A DNA stretch of 64,000 bases from a bacterium. GTDB lineage: Bacteria > UBA8248. Below the pieces are notes generated by a model. That model was not told the DNA's origin. It made no database searches and saw nothing but the letters and a program-made list of their open reading frames with translations. The stretch spans positions 3,456,001 through 3,520,000 of the forward strand of contig OZ242260.1 in the NCBI GenBank assembly GCA_965207065.1. Reading direction: 5' to 3'. How positions within the stretch are numbered: position 1 is the first letter of the stretch; each line of letters opens with the position of its first letter. Shown here piece by piece: positions 18,804 to 27,795 of this stretch. A program made the translations under genes and the position numbers.

Positions 18804-19661
18804 TTAGCTGGCCGCGCCTTCTTTTGGGAAGAACTTGTCATACAATTCAGGCCTTTGCCACTGTTTCAGCACACCGGCCTTGGCCGCGTTTTGCCCCGAT
18901 GAGGTCACCTCGTCGTTTTGCTCGCGGAGTTCGCGCATTCGCTCCAGATCCACGTCGACCATGAACATGCCGGCCTTCGTGCTCTCGAAGATGACTTCTT
19001 CGGGCGTCGCCACCATCGCCAGGCCGCGCTGGCTCTTATCAAAAAGGTTCTGCGTGGTGATGACAATCGCCAGGTTTTCTATCGCGCGTGACCAGATGAG
19101 GTTCCGCCAGGTGCCCCACAGCCTCTTTTTGTCCACGCCTGCGGGCAGGAAGATGATCTCCGCCCCACGCAGCGAGAGTGCGCGCGTCACTTCCGGCATA
19201 TAGACTTCGCTGCACATCGCCATGCCGACCTGGCCGTACTGGGTCTCGAAAACGGGGTATTCGTTCCCCGCGACGTACTGGAACTCCCATGTACCTCCGC
19301 CGGTATATATCCAGGGTCCGGGTGGATGGGTCCTGCGGTAACGACCCGAAGGGCCACCTGCAGGCCGGGCGAGGTTCAGCAGGTTGTGGGCCGTTTTCTT
19401 CTCGTTATCCAACGGTTCCAAGGTCCCGTACTGAACGTAAACGCCGCAGCGCTTTGCCACTTCCTCCATCGCCCCGGTCGGGTCAAAAGTCGCCGGCATC
19501 CGCCAGGGACCTGGATATGATTCGGGGAATGCGACGAAATCGGCCTCCTGCGCGGCTGCGTCTTCGACGTATCGAACCGCGTCGGCCACGTTTTTTTCAT
19601 CCTCGGGTGGTGGATATCCCATCGGCTGCACGAGTGCGAGCCTGAAATTATCGGCGCTCAT
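18804..19661 (-). CDS. Carbon-nitrogen hydrolase family protein
   Basis: FVAFPE, YRRTH, MCSEVYMPE, RAIEN. Confidence 0.85.
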   Translation of the reverse strand: MSADNFRLALVQPMGYPPPEDEKNVADAVRYVEDAAAQEADFVAFPESYPGPWRMPATFDPTGAMEEVAKRCGVYVQYGTLEPLDNEKKTAHNLLNLARPAGGPSGRYRRTHPPGPWIYTGGGTWEFQYVAGNEYPVFETQYGQVGMAMCSEVYMPEVTRALSLRGAEIIFLPAGVDKKRLWGTWRNLIWSRAIENLAIVITTQNLFDKSQRGLAMVATPEEVIFESTKAGMFMVDVDLERMRELREQNDEVTSSGQNAAKAGVLKQWQRPELYDKFFPKEGAAS

Positions 19662-19694
19662 CTCAATCCCTCCTCAGTTATAGGATTCCCGATG

Positions 19695-19880
19695 CTATCG
19701 GTCTTCGAAGAGAGTACCACCCGCCGCCCAGGAGTCCGTGCCGACGTCTTGAAATATGACCGTGATGACGTCTTTCGGGGCGCCTGAATGCTTGTGGACC
19801 GTCTCGGTAATCTCATCCGCCATCGCGCTTTTCTGCTCTTTGGATCTTCCTGACAGCAGGCTTACCTGAACAACCGGCAT
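19695..19880 (-). CDS. 4-oxalocrotonate tautomerase family protein
   Basis: 61 aa, N-terminal Pro, GRSKEQK, WAAGG; AAGGAGG RBS. Confidence 0.9.
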   Translation of the reverse strand: MPVVQVSLLSGRSKEQKSAMADEITETVHKHSGAPKDVITVIFQDVGTDSWAAGGTLFEDR

Positions 19881-19928
19881 CGGAATACCTCCTTGTGTAT
19901 GGGGAGTGAATATATCTGGTATAAATCC

Positions 19929-21563
19929 CTAGATTTGGGGACCGGCCGCCGCGACATCCGGCGTCACCCGATCCGCGAACTGCTCGAAATTCTCCTGGAA
20001 CGCTCCCGCGAGTTCGCGTATTTTATCGTCGTATTTCTCGGCACTCGCCCAAAGATTTCTTGGAATCATGTATTCCTGCGGCACTCCAGTGCAGCTTGTC
20101 GGAACGTGGAGGTCGAATATAGGCACGTCCTGAGTGGTACTCTTGGCGAGTTCGCCCGTCAGCGCGGCCGTCAAAAGAGCGCGCGTATGATGCAGCGGCA
20201 TTCTGTCGACCTCACCGGCGGCCCCACCAATCCATCCCGTGTTGACGAGCCAGACCTGCGCGTCGTGCTTCTTCAGCTTATCCCGGAGCATCTCTCCGTA
20301 TTCGGCGGGGTGTAACGCCAGGAAAGGCGCGCCGAAACAACTACTGAACGTGGCCATCGGCTCATCGACGCCCGCTTCGGTGCCGGCCACTTTCGCCGTA
20401 TAGCCCGAGAGGAAATGATAGACAGCCTGCTCGGGCGTGAGCTTACTGATGGGAGGCAGGACGCCGAATGCGTCGCATGTGAGAAAAAAGATGTTCTTCG
20501 GATGACCACCCATCCCCGATAGCACGCAATTGTCTATGAAATGGTTGGGGTAGGTTGCGCGCGTATTTTCGGTCAGCGACATATCGTCATAATCAATTTC
20601 TCGCGTAAGCGGGTCGACGATGACGTTCTCCAGAACGGAGCCGAAGCGAATCGCATCCCAAATCTGAGGTTCTTTCTCTCTCGTCAAGTTAATGGTTTTT
20701 GCGTAGCAACCGCCTTCGAAATTGAAGATGCCTGAATCAGACCACCCGTGTTCGTCGTCGCCGATGAGCTTCCGATTCGGGTCTGCGGACAATGTGGTCT
20801 TTCCCGTGCCGGATAGACCGAAGAATAGAGCCGTGTCCCCGCCGTGGCCCATATTCGCCGAACAATGCATCGGGAAGACGCCTTTTTGCGGCAGCAGATA
20901 ATTCATGATGAAAAAGGCGGATTTCTTCATCTCGCCGGCGTATTCCGAGCCGCCGATGAGCGCCATGTTTTTCTCGAAATTCACGAGCGTGAAATTATTT
21001 TGGCGGAGTCCCTCGGCCGGGCCTGCACCCAGGAACCTGCCCATATCGATGACTGTAAAGGGGTCTATATGGTTGTTGAGCTCACCGGGTTCGGGGCGCA
21101 CGAGCAGCGTCTGGCAGAACATGGAATGCCACGCGAGTTCGGAGATGACGCGCACGGGGAGTTTGTATCTCGGGTCGTTGCCCACGAAACCGTCGAAGAT
21201 GAAAAGGTCTCGCTTTTTAGCGTAGCCGGCGATTTTCTGAAGAATGCTGTCCCAGTTTTCGGTCGATATCTTCTGGTTGATGGGTCCCCACCATATCTTC
21301 TTGTTGGAAGGGTCCTGGTCCACTGTGAACTTGTCCTTGGGCGAGCGGCCGGAGAATTTTCCAGTATGGACCACGAGTGCGCCGTTGGGTGCGAGGAATC
21401 CTTCGCCTCGCGCGACCGCCATTTCATTGAGTGTGGGAATGGGGAGATTCCTGTACACCTTCCCTACGTTCTTAAGGCCTAATTTATGGAGGCCGAATGT
21501 CTTTTCCGTCCCTATTTTCGCAGGTGAGGAGGAGGCCTTTCCCCCCTCATTGGCTTGTGCCAT
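19929..21563 (-). CDS. pckA: Phosphoenolpyruvate carboxykinase (ATP)
   Basis: GRSPKDK, YAGEMKK, MHCSAN, FFGLSGTGKTTLS, IGDDEHGW, FNFEGGCYAK. Confidence 0.97.
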   Translation of the reverse strand: MAQANEGGKASSSPAKIGTEKTFGLHKLGLKNVGKVYRNLPIPTLNEMAVARGEGFLAPNGALVVHTGKFSGRSPKDKFTVDQDPSNKKIWWGPINQKISTENWDSILQKIAGYAKKRDLFIFDGFVGNDPRYKLPVRVISELAWHSMFCQTLLVRPEPGELNNHIDPFTVIDMGRFLGAGPAEGLRQNNFTLVNFEKNMALIGGSEYAGEMKKSAFFIMNYLLPQKGVFPMHCSANMGHGGDTALFFGLSGTGKTTLSADPNRKLIGDDEHGWSDSGIFNFEGGCYAKTINLTREKEPQIWDAIRFGSVLENVIVDPLTREIDYDDMSLTENTRATYPNHFIDNCVLSGMGGHPKNIFFLTCDAFGVLPPISKLTPEQAVYHFLSGYTAKVAGTEAGVDEPMATFSSCFGAPFLALHPAEYGEMLRDKLKKHDAQVWLVNTGWIGGAAGEVDRMPLHHTRALLTAALTGELAKSTTQDVPIFDLHVPTSCTGVPQEYMIPRNLWASAEKYDDKIRELAGAFQENFEQFADRVTPDVAAAGPQI

Positions 21564-21770
21564 GTGCTGCTACCTCCCGGGAATCGATGCTTCCTGAAGC
21601 GCGAGATTCTTCCGTGGCTGAACGTGCGCCTGAATTAATTGCGAATTCCTTAAAATTCGCCCAAAGAAGGCCGCAATATGCCTCGCGTAATGATAGAAGT
21701 CAAAAGCGAACCGAGGTAGTTTTCACCTCATTTGCCGAGCAGATTTATGTGCTTTTTCGATTCCTCCGGC

Positions 21771-22847
21771 TCATCGGATGACTTCACTTTCTTTCCGGTA
21801 AAAGGGGAGACTTTCGACTGTCGCCTTCGCTTCGTCGCCCCGGCAATCGACCCTTACTTCGCTGCCCGGCTCCATCCGGGCGCGGGGCAGATACGAAAAA
21901 GCCAAGACGGCGCCGACCGTGGGGCACCACGCGGAGCGGGTGATGGAGCCGATGCTTTTCTCATCGGAATAGACGGCGGCTCCCGCTTCAGGCGTAATTT
22001 TTCCGTTGACCCTGAGCCCTACGAGGCCCCGGTTAATTTGACCCAGATACTTGATCTTGGCGATGACCTCCTGGCCGATATAACAGCCCTTGTCGAAGTC
22101 GACAGCTTTTTCTTCCAGACCCGCCTGCATGGGGTTGACAGCCGAATTCATGTCTTTGCCGAAGAGCGGCACGCCCGCTTCGAGCGTGAGAGAATCGAAC
22201 GCAGTGATGCCCGCCGGTTTTGCCCCCGCTTCCAGCAACGTCCGCCAGATGGATTCCGCCTCACCGCGAGGACCTATGAGAAGGTAGCCGTCTTCGCCTG
22301 TCCATATTTCGCGCGCTATCGTCACGTTGCCCGAAGTCGTATGACCGTGTTCCTCGGGAGAAGGATCGCCCATGCCCGACTTGGCGATGATCTCTCGCGC
22401 ATCGGGACCGAAAAGGCCTATGCAAAACGAAGTTTCCGTCTCGTTCGCCACTTCCACCTGATCCATAATAATGAAACTGTCGATTTCCTCGGCGAGAGTA
22501 TCCGCCATTCCCGGAGCCACCGAGGCGAGAATGTAAGTATCGCCTTTGTACATATACATATCGGAGATAAACTTTCCCTGGCGCGTGAGGAAGGTGTTGT
22601 ACACGCCCTCTCCGGGTTTCAGTTCTTTTACCCGGTTGGAGAGCATGCGGTGGAGAAACTCTCCGGTGTCCGGACCGCTGAAGCGCAGACAGCCCCTGTG
22701 GGACAGGTCGACGACGATGGCGCTTTCGCGGCACGCAAGGTGCTCGGACGCCGCATCTCCATAAGATGCGGGGGTCCGCCAGGCGGCATCATCAGTCAAC
22801 AGTGCGTTGGCTGCCTGGTGCAAGGCGAGCAGGGGGGTGGCTGACAT
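21771..22847 (-). CDS. ygfZ: YgfZ/GcvT-family folate-binding protein
   Basis: KGCYIGQEV YgfZ signature plus GcvT-like N- and C-terminal regions. Confidence 0.8.
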   Translation of the reverse strand: MSATPLLALHQAANALLTDDAAWRTPASYGDAASEHLACRESAIVVDLSHRGCLRFSGPDTGEFLHRMLSNRVKELKPGEGVYNTFLTRQGKFISDMYMYKGDTYILASVAPGMADTLAEEIDSFIIMDQVEVANETETSFCIGLFGPDAREIIAKSGMGDPSPEEHGHTTSGNVTIAREIWTGEDGYLLIGPRGEAESIWRTLLEAGAKPAGITAFDSLTLEAGVPLFGKDMNSAVNPMQAGLEEKAVDFDKGCYIGQEVIAKIKYLGQINRGLVGLRVNGKITPEAGAAVYSDEKSIGSITRSAWCPTVGAVLAFSYLPRARMEPGSEVRVDCRGDEAKATVESLPFYRKESEVIR

Positions 22848-23005
22848 GGGTCTCCTCTCCGGAACATTATCCGATCGCAAGACGAAAAACGATTGATCGG
22901 GAATTCATCTCAACATTTGTGTATTCTACGCTCTCACCGGGAGTGAAGTGAACTGATTTAACGAATTCTATCTTATTCTATCCATGCCGGGAGGCGAGAC
23001 GAAAC

Positions 23006-23881
23006 ATGGGCGAGAAACTCGGATTCATCGGTCTGGGCAAGATGGGAACACCCTTGACCCGGAACCTGATAGCGGATGGTCACAAGGTGTCAGGGTTCGA
23101 CATCGACACGGCCCGTATGGATCAGTTGACAGAAGCAGGCGGAACCCCGTGCGCGAACGCAAAGGAGGTGGCCGAGCACTCGGATGTGGTTTTCACCATG
23201 CTGCTCAAGCCCGAACACATCGAGATGAACACCATCGGGCCGCAAGGAGTCGCCGCTGCGGGGAAAGAGGGTCTCATCCTGATCGAGATGAGCACGATGA
23301 ATCCGACCTGGTCGGCGGATTTGGCGGGGAAGCTCGAAGCCAGGGGCGTAGAGATGGTCGACGCTCCCGTCTCGGGAACCGTGCCGCACGTGGAGTCGAG
23401 GACGCTGGCTTATATGGTGGGCGGGAAGAAGGAGATTTTCGAACGCATCAAGCCTATCATCGAACCGCTGGCAAAGAGCGTCCTCCATACCGGACCCAAC
23501 GGCACGGGGTGTTCCATGAAGCTGGTGACGAACTTGATCGTGAATGCGGGCGTTGCCCTGCTGACGGAGGGTTTGCTCCTGGGCGAGCGTTCAGGCTTGT
23601 CGCACGACACAATCATGTCCTGCCTTCGCTCAGGAGCGGCGGCGGGTGTTCTTCTGGATTTGAAAGGAGAGAAGATTCTCGCGCGCGATTTCACGCCCCA
23701 TGGCGCCCTGAGCATATACGTGAAAGATCTCGGCCTTTGCGTTGACCTCGCAAGAGAAAAAGGATTTGATGCGTCTATGGCAGCAACTGGACTGGAGATG
23801 TTCCGGCGCGCGCAAGAAGCGGGTTGGGCCGAAGATGATTGCGCGCGCGTAGTGGATGTATATGAGGGGAAGAATTGTTAA
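23006..23881 (+). CDS. NAD(P)-dependent oxidoreductase (3-hydroxyisobutyrate dehydrogenase family)
   Basis: GFIGLGKMG, DAPVSG, MKLVTN, KDLGL. Confidence 0.9.
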   Translation: MGEKLGFIGLGKMGTPLTRNLIADGHKVSGFDIDTARMDQLTEAGGTPCANAKEVAEHSDVVFTMLLKPEHIEMNTIGPQGVAAAGKEGLILIEMSTMNPTWSADLAGKLEARGVEMVDAPVSGTVPHVESRTLAYMVGGKKEIFERIKPIIEPLAKSVLHTGPNGTGCSMKLVTNLIVNAGVALLTEGLLLGERSGLSHDTIMSCLRSGAAAGVLLDLKGEKILARDFTPHGALSIYVKDLGLCVDLAREKGFDASMAATGLEMFRRAQEAGWAEDDCARVVDVYEGKNC

Positions 23882-23922
23882 GTTTATAGCTGGTTTCATG
23901 GCGACTGCACAGGAGACGGAAA

Positions 23923-25104
23923 ATGGCGAAAGGGGCACCGGCTGAATCGAAGAATTTCAGACTTGTCGGGCACGACCCGGATGCGGCATGGGGCGGTGGC
24001 AGCCTCGTAGAGGTCAAAAACGGATTCGCCTACGTGGGCGCGGTGGGGACGGCGAGCTATGACGGACCCGAGGGCTGGACCGTCCACGACGTATCGGATC
24101 CAAGCAACCCCAGGCGCATCGCCGAGGTGTTCGCGCCTCCCGGTCTGCACAACCATAAGGTGCGTATCGTGGGAGACGACCTGCTCTACGTGAATCACGA
24201 GCGCCTCAAGACCCCGGAAGGAGAGGCGGCGCGGGCGGGCCTGTGTATTTTCGATATCTCAAATCCGGCAGAGCCCAAAGAAGTCGGCTTTTTCGATCTG
24301 CCCGGCACGGGGCCTCACAGGTTTGGCGTAGACAACGAGCGCGGACTCGCATTCTTGCCGAACCATGCCGAAGGGTGGCGAAACCGGGTCATGTGGACAC
24401 TGGACATCACGAACCCCCTGAAGCCCGAGGTACTGAACATCGTCGGTCTCCCGCAACAGGATTTGAGCCTCGATTACGAGTACGAAGAACCCGAAGATTT
24501 CGAGCGTTCGTGGACGTGCCACGGACCGGCCACCATTCGCGGGGACCGGATGTACTGCGGTTTCTGGGGAGCCGGAATGGGAATTTTCGATTGCGCGGAT
24601 TTACGCAACATCAAATGCGTGGGGCACCTTTGCTGGTCGCCGCCCTTCGTCGGCTCCACGCATACCGTGTGGCCGCTCGGCGACAGGCCGTATGTAGTGG
24701 TGACGGACGAGGCGCGCGCGCAGGTGAACTACGAGAGCAGCCAGTTCATGTGGGTGGTGGACATCCGGGACGAGACCAACCCGATTCCCATCTCGACCTA
24801 CATCCCCGACAGGGAAGAGAACATGAACCGGGGAGGGCGATTCGGCGCGCACAATATTCTCGAATATCTTCCTGTGGACGGCCCCTGGAAGGACATCGTC
24901 TTCCTCACGTACTTCAATTCGGGTTTGCGGGCCATCGATCTGTCGGACCCCTTCAAGCCCAGGGAAGTGGGGCACTACGTCCCCGAACTCAACTTCGAGA
25001 AGGACTACGCCCAGTCGAACGACATCGGCATGGACGAGAACGGCCTACTATACCTGATCGACCGCAACGGGGCGGGCATGCACATCCTTGAGTATACCGG
25101 ATAA
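23923..25104 (+). CDS. LVIVD-repeat beta-propeller protein
   Basis: Repeated DVSDPSNP / DISNPAEP / DITNPLKP / DLSDPFKP units; His motifs (HNHK, PHR, CHG, THT, GAHN). Confidence 0.75.
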   Translation: MAKGAPAESKNFRLVGHDPDAAWGGGSLVEVKNGFAYVGAVGTASYDGPEGWTVHDVSDPSNPRRIAEVFAPPGLHNHKVRIVGDDLLYVNHERLKTPEGEAARAGLCIFDISNPAEPKEVGFFDLPGTGPHRFGVDNERGLAFLPNHAEGWRNRVMWTLDITNPLKPEVLNIVGLPQQDLSLDYEYEEPEDFERSWTCHGPATIRGDRMYCGFWGAGMGIFDCADLRNIKCVGHLCWSPPFVGSTHTVWPLGDRPYVVVTDEARAQVNYESSQFMWVVDIRDETNPIPISTYIPDREENMNRGGRFGAHNILEYLPVDGPWKDIVFLTYFNSGLRAIDLSDPFKPREVGHYVPELNFEKDYAQSNDIGMDENGLLYLIDRNGAGMHILEYTG

Positions 25105-25168
25105 GCGGCGCGGGGAGCGCCTGTGCTCCGCTCCTGTGAGGCGGATTCCCTGAAGCGAGGAGCGTTAT

Positions 25169-25606
25169 ATGAACCCGGGTGAATTTTTCGTGGTCTGCGC
25201 CGCTTCTTTCCTGGCCACCTACGCGCATCTGGTTTTCGCCCTGATCGCGGACAAGATAGGCATGGTGAAGCTCGACTTCGGCAAGGGGATCTCGATGCTC
25301 CTGTTCGGAGAGGCGTACGAGGGGAATCCACCCTATACGCTCGGCTTCATCGCCGTGCACTTGAACGGGATCATCTTCGGCCTGATATACGCGACCTGGG
25401 CGGCGGGGTGTCTCCCCGGGGCGCCCGTGGCGCGGGGATTGATCTGGGGCGGGGCGCTCCTGATCTTCTCGCAATGCGTCTTCAACCCGCTCATCACGGG
25501 GCACGGCTTTTTCAGCCGCAAGATGCACCCGAGAGCCTGGCAGACAGCCGTGATCGCCCACGCCATCTACGGAGGCCTGCTGGGCTGGCTCTCCCCGATA
25601 CTGTGA
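25169..25606 (+). CDS. Small integral membrane protein
   Basis: Four hydrophobic segments with HLNG and AHAIYG motifs; GAGGAG RBS. Confidence 0.65.
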   Translation: MNPGEFFVVCAASFLATYAHLVFALIADKIGMVKLDFGKGISMLLFGEAYEGNPPYTLGFIAVHLNGIIFGLIYATWAAGCLPGAPVARGLIWGGALLIFSQCVFNPLITGHGFFSRKMHPRAWQTAVIAHAIYGGLLGWLSPIL

Positions 25607-25620
25607 GAGCCGGCTGATTC

Positions 25621-26460
25621 CTACCTTCTCGCTCCTCTCGCCCTGGGGGCCTTTCTTTGTGACGCCCAGCATTTCGCCACGTCGACAGGCGCGGCGATCC
25701 AGGCGTCACCCTTCGCCAGTATGTGCTGAATCATCCTCTCCAGCATCCGCATCCGGTGGTGCTGGCCGATGATCTGGGGATGGCACATGATGTTGATGTA
25801 CCCGCCTTCCTCGTACGTGCCCTCGAACTCCTCGACCCATATCGAATAGACCGATTCGGGGTCGCGGATGCCGTGGCCGAGCGGCGGGTTCGTGCTGTGG
25901 GCGAAGAAGATGAAATCATCGAGGCTCCACTTGGTGGGCAACTCAACGAGGCCGCAGTCGTGATAATAGGGCCAGTCGTCGTCCATCATGTTCGAGTGGT
26001 ACAGAAGCCCGTGCTTTTTCAAGAGTCCCATGGTGTGGACGCTCGGGTCCGCCGAGGGGGTGCGTGAGCCGAGGATCTCCTGACCCGTATCGCGCTTGAG
26101 TATCTCTAGTGCGCGCACGAGCAGTTCTTCTTCTCGCTCGGCGTCGCACATCTGGTAGGGTTTTTCGTGAATATGGCCATGGTGGCCGATTTCGTGCCCC
26201 GCCTTCACGATGGATTCCGTCATTTTCGGCCATTTCTCCACCGTCCAGCTCGGGATGTAGAACGCGCCGGGCAGGCTGTATTTCTTGAGGAGCCTGAGTA
26301 TCCGCGGGATCCCCACCTTGGGGCCGTAGGCGCCCATGGAATTGTGGATGGGACGCCCCCCCAGCGAGGGATCACGGCCCATCCAGACCGTCTCGCCGTC
26401 CACGTCGAAAGTCAGACACACGGCGCATCGCGCCCCGTTTTCCCATTTCACCCTAGGCAT
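25621..26460 (-). CDS. Polysaccharide deacetylase family protein (PuuE/HpPgdA-like)
   Basis: LTFDVD, YGPKVGIPRIL, HEIGHHGHIH, CHPQIIG. Confidence 0.85.
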   Translation of the reverse strand: MPRVKWENGARCAVCLTFDVDGETVWMGRDPSLGGRPIHNSMGAYGPKVGIPRILRLLKKYSLPGAFYIPSWTVEKWPKMTESIVKAGHEIGHHGHIHEKPYQMCDAEREEELLVRALEILKRDTGQEILGSRTPSADPSVHTMGLLKKHGLLYHSNMMDDDWPYYHDCGLVELPTKWSLDDFIFFAHSTNPPLGHGIRDPESVYSIWVEEFEGTYEEGGYINIMCHPQIIGQHHRMRMLERMIQHILAKGDAWIAAPVDVAKCWASQRKAPRARGARR

Positions 26461-26499
26461 TCGTTTCCCCTCATCCTCGCTGTGTGGAAAGTATTCCGC

Positions 26500-27723
26500 T
26501 CAAGAATCCGCCATTTTCACCAATGCGCGCGCCAGGACGTCGCATCCCCGGTACGCGTCTTCCCAGTCCATGTCCTCTTCTTCCGAGTGGCTCTTCCCGG
26601 CGACGCAGGGCACGAAAATCATGGCCGCGGGCCCCAAGTCGGCCGCATAGCGGGCGTCATGGCCGGCGGCGCTCCACATCGAGCGGTGGCTGAAGCCAGA
26701 ATGCTCGCACACTTTTCTGACGGCCTGCGCGACCCCGGCGTCGAACGCGGTGGGGGTGGAGGAGCCGACGTCCTGAATCTCGACTTCGAGGTTTTCCCTT
26801 TCTGCTTCGCGGTGCACAGCCTCCTCGACGAGATTCCGTGCTTCATTCATCAGTTCCGGCTGGCTGTGCCTGAAATCGACCGAGAACGTCACCTCATCGG
26901 GTATGACGTTAATGGCGCCTGGCGAGAGGGAGAGTTCGCCCACCGTGGCGACGAATTCGGGATGCAGTTTCTCGGGAATTTCCCGAATGGCCGCTATTGT
27001 GCGCGCGGCGCCCACCAGGGCGTCGCGCCGCAAGTGCATGGGCGTGGGGCCGGCGTGGTCGCGCTCTCCTTTCATGGTGACCCGAAGCCAGGTGAGGCCG
27101 AAGATTCCCTCCACGATCCCTACCTGAACTCCCTCATTCACAAGAACAGGGCCTTGCTCGATGTGCAGTTCGAGATACGACCCGATGGGGCGGGGAGTGC
27201 AGGGCGCATCTCCTCTGTAGCCGATTCGCTCGAGTTCATCCAGGAACCTCGCGCCCTCGGAGTCTCTCGTCTCATAGGCGGCCTCGAGGGGTATCGCGCC
27301 TGCGAACACGCCGCTTCCGACCATGGATGGCGGAAAGCGGGGGCCTTCTTCGTTCGTCCAGTTCACGATCTCTATCGGGCGTCTCGTGACTATGGACTCA
27401 TCGTTGAGCGTCCGGACGGCTTCCAGAGCGGCCAGCACGCCCAATGAGCCATCGAAGCGGCCTCCATTGGGCACAGAGTCCAGGTGGCTGCCCGCCATGG
27501 CGGGCGGGGCGTCGTCTTCCCGGCCGGAGCGCCTGGCGAACATGTTTCCCATCTCGTCGACCCGCAGATCGAGATCGGCGTCGCCCGCCCAGAGGGCGAA
27601 TAAATCTCTGGCTTCCTTGTCGGCGTCGGTGAGTGTGAGACGGTTTACACCGCCACCTTTCGTCGCTCCAACCCGGGCCATCTCCTCCATGGACTGGCGA
27701 AATCGAACAGGATTTATTGGCAT
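26500..27723 (-). CDS. Zn-dependent M20 hydrolase (allantoate amidohydrolase / N-carbamoylase family)
   Basis: GSHLDSVPNGGRFDG, WTNEEG, ELHIEQGP, HAGPTPM, AGHDA, SHSEEE. Confidence 0.92.
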   Translation of the reverse strand: MPINPVRFRQSMEEMARVGATKGGGVNRLTLTDADKEARDLFALWAGDADLDLRVDEMGNMFARRSGREDDAPPAMAGSHLDSVPNGGRFDGSLGVLAALEAVRTLNDESIVTRRPIEIVNWTNEEGPRFPPSMVGSGVFAGAIPLEAAYETRDSEGARFLDELERIGYRGDAPCTPRPIGSYLELHIEQGPVLVNEGVQVGIVEGIFGLTWLRVTMKGERDHAGPTPMHLRRDALVGAARTIAAIREIPEKLHPEFVATVGELSLSPGAINVIPDEVTFSVDFRHSQPELMNEARNLVEEAVHREAERENLEVEIQDVGSSTPTAFDAGVAQAVRKVCEHSGFSHRSMWSAAGHDARYAADLGPAAMIFVPCVAGKSHSEEEDMDWEDAYRGCDVLARALVKMADS

Positions 27724-27795
27724 TTCGAACCCTCTGGCCTGGATTGTGCGAAATGGATTGTGCGGGGACGTCCGGCCTGGGACTCCCGCCGGGTA

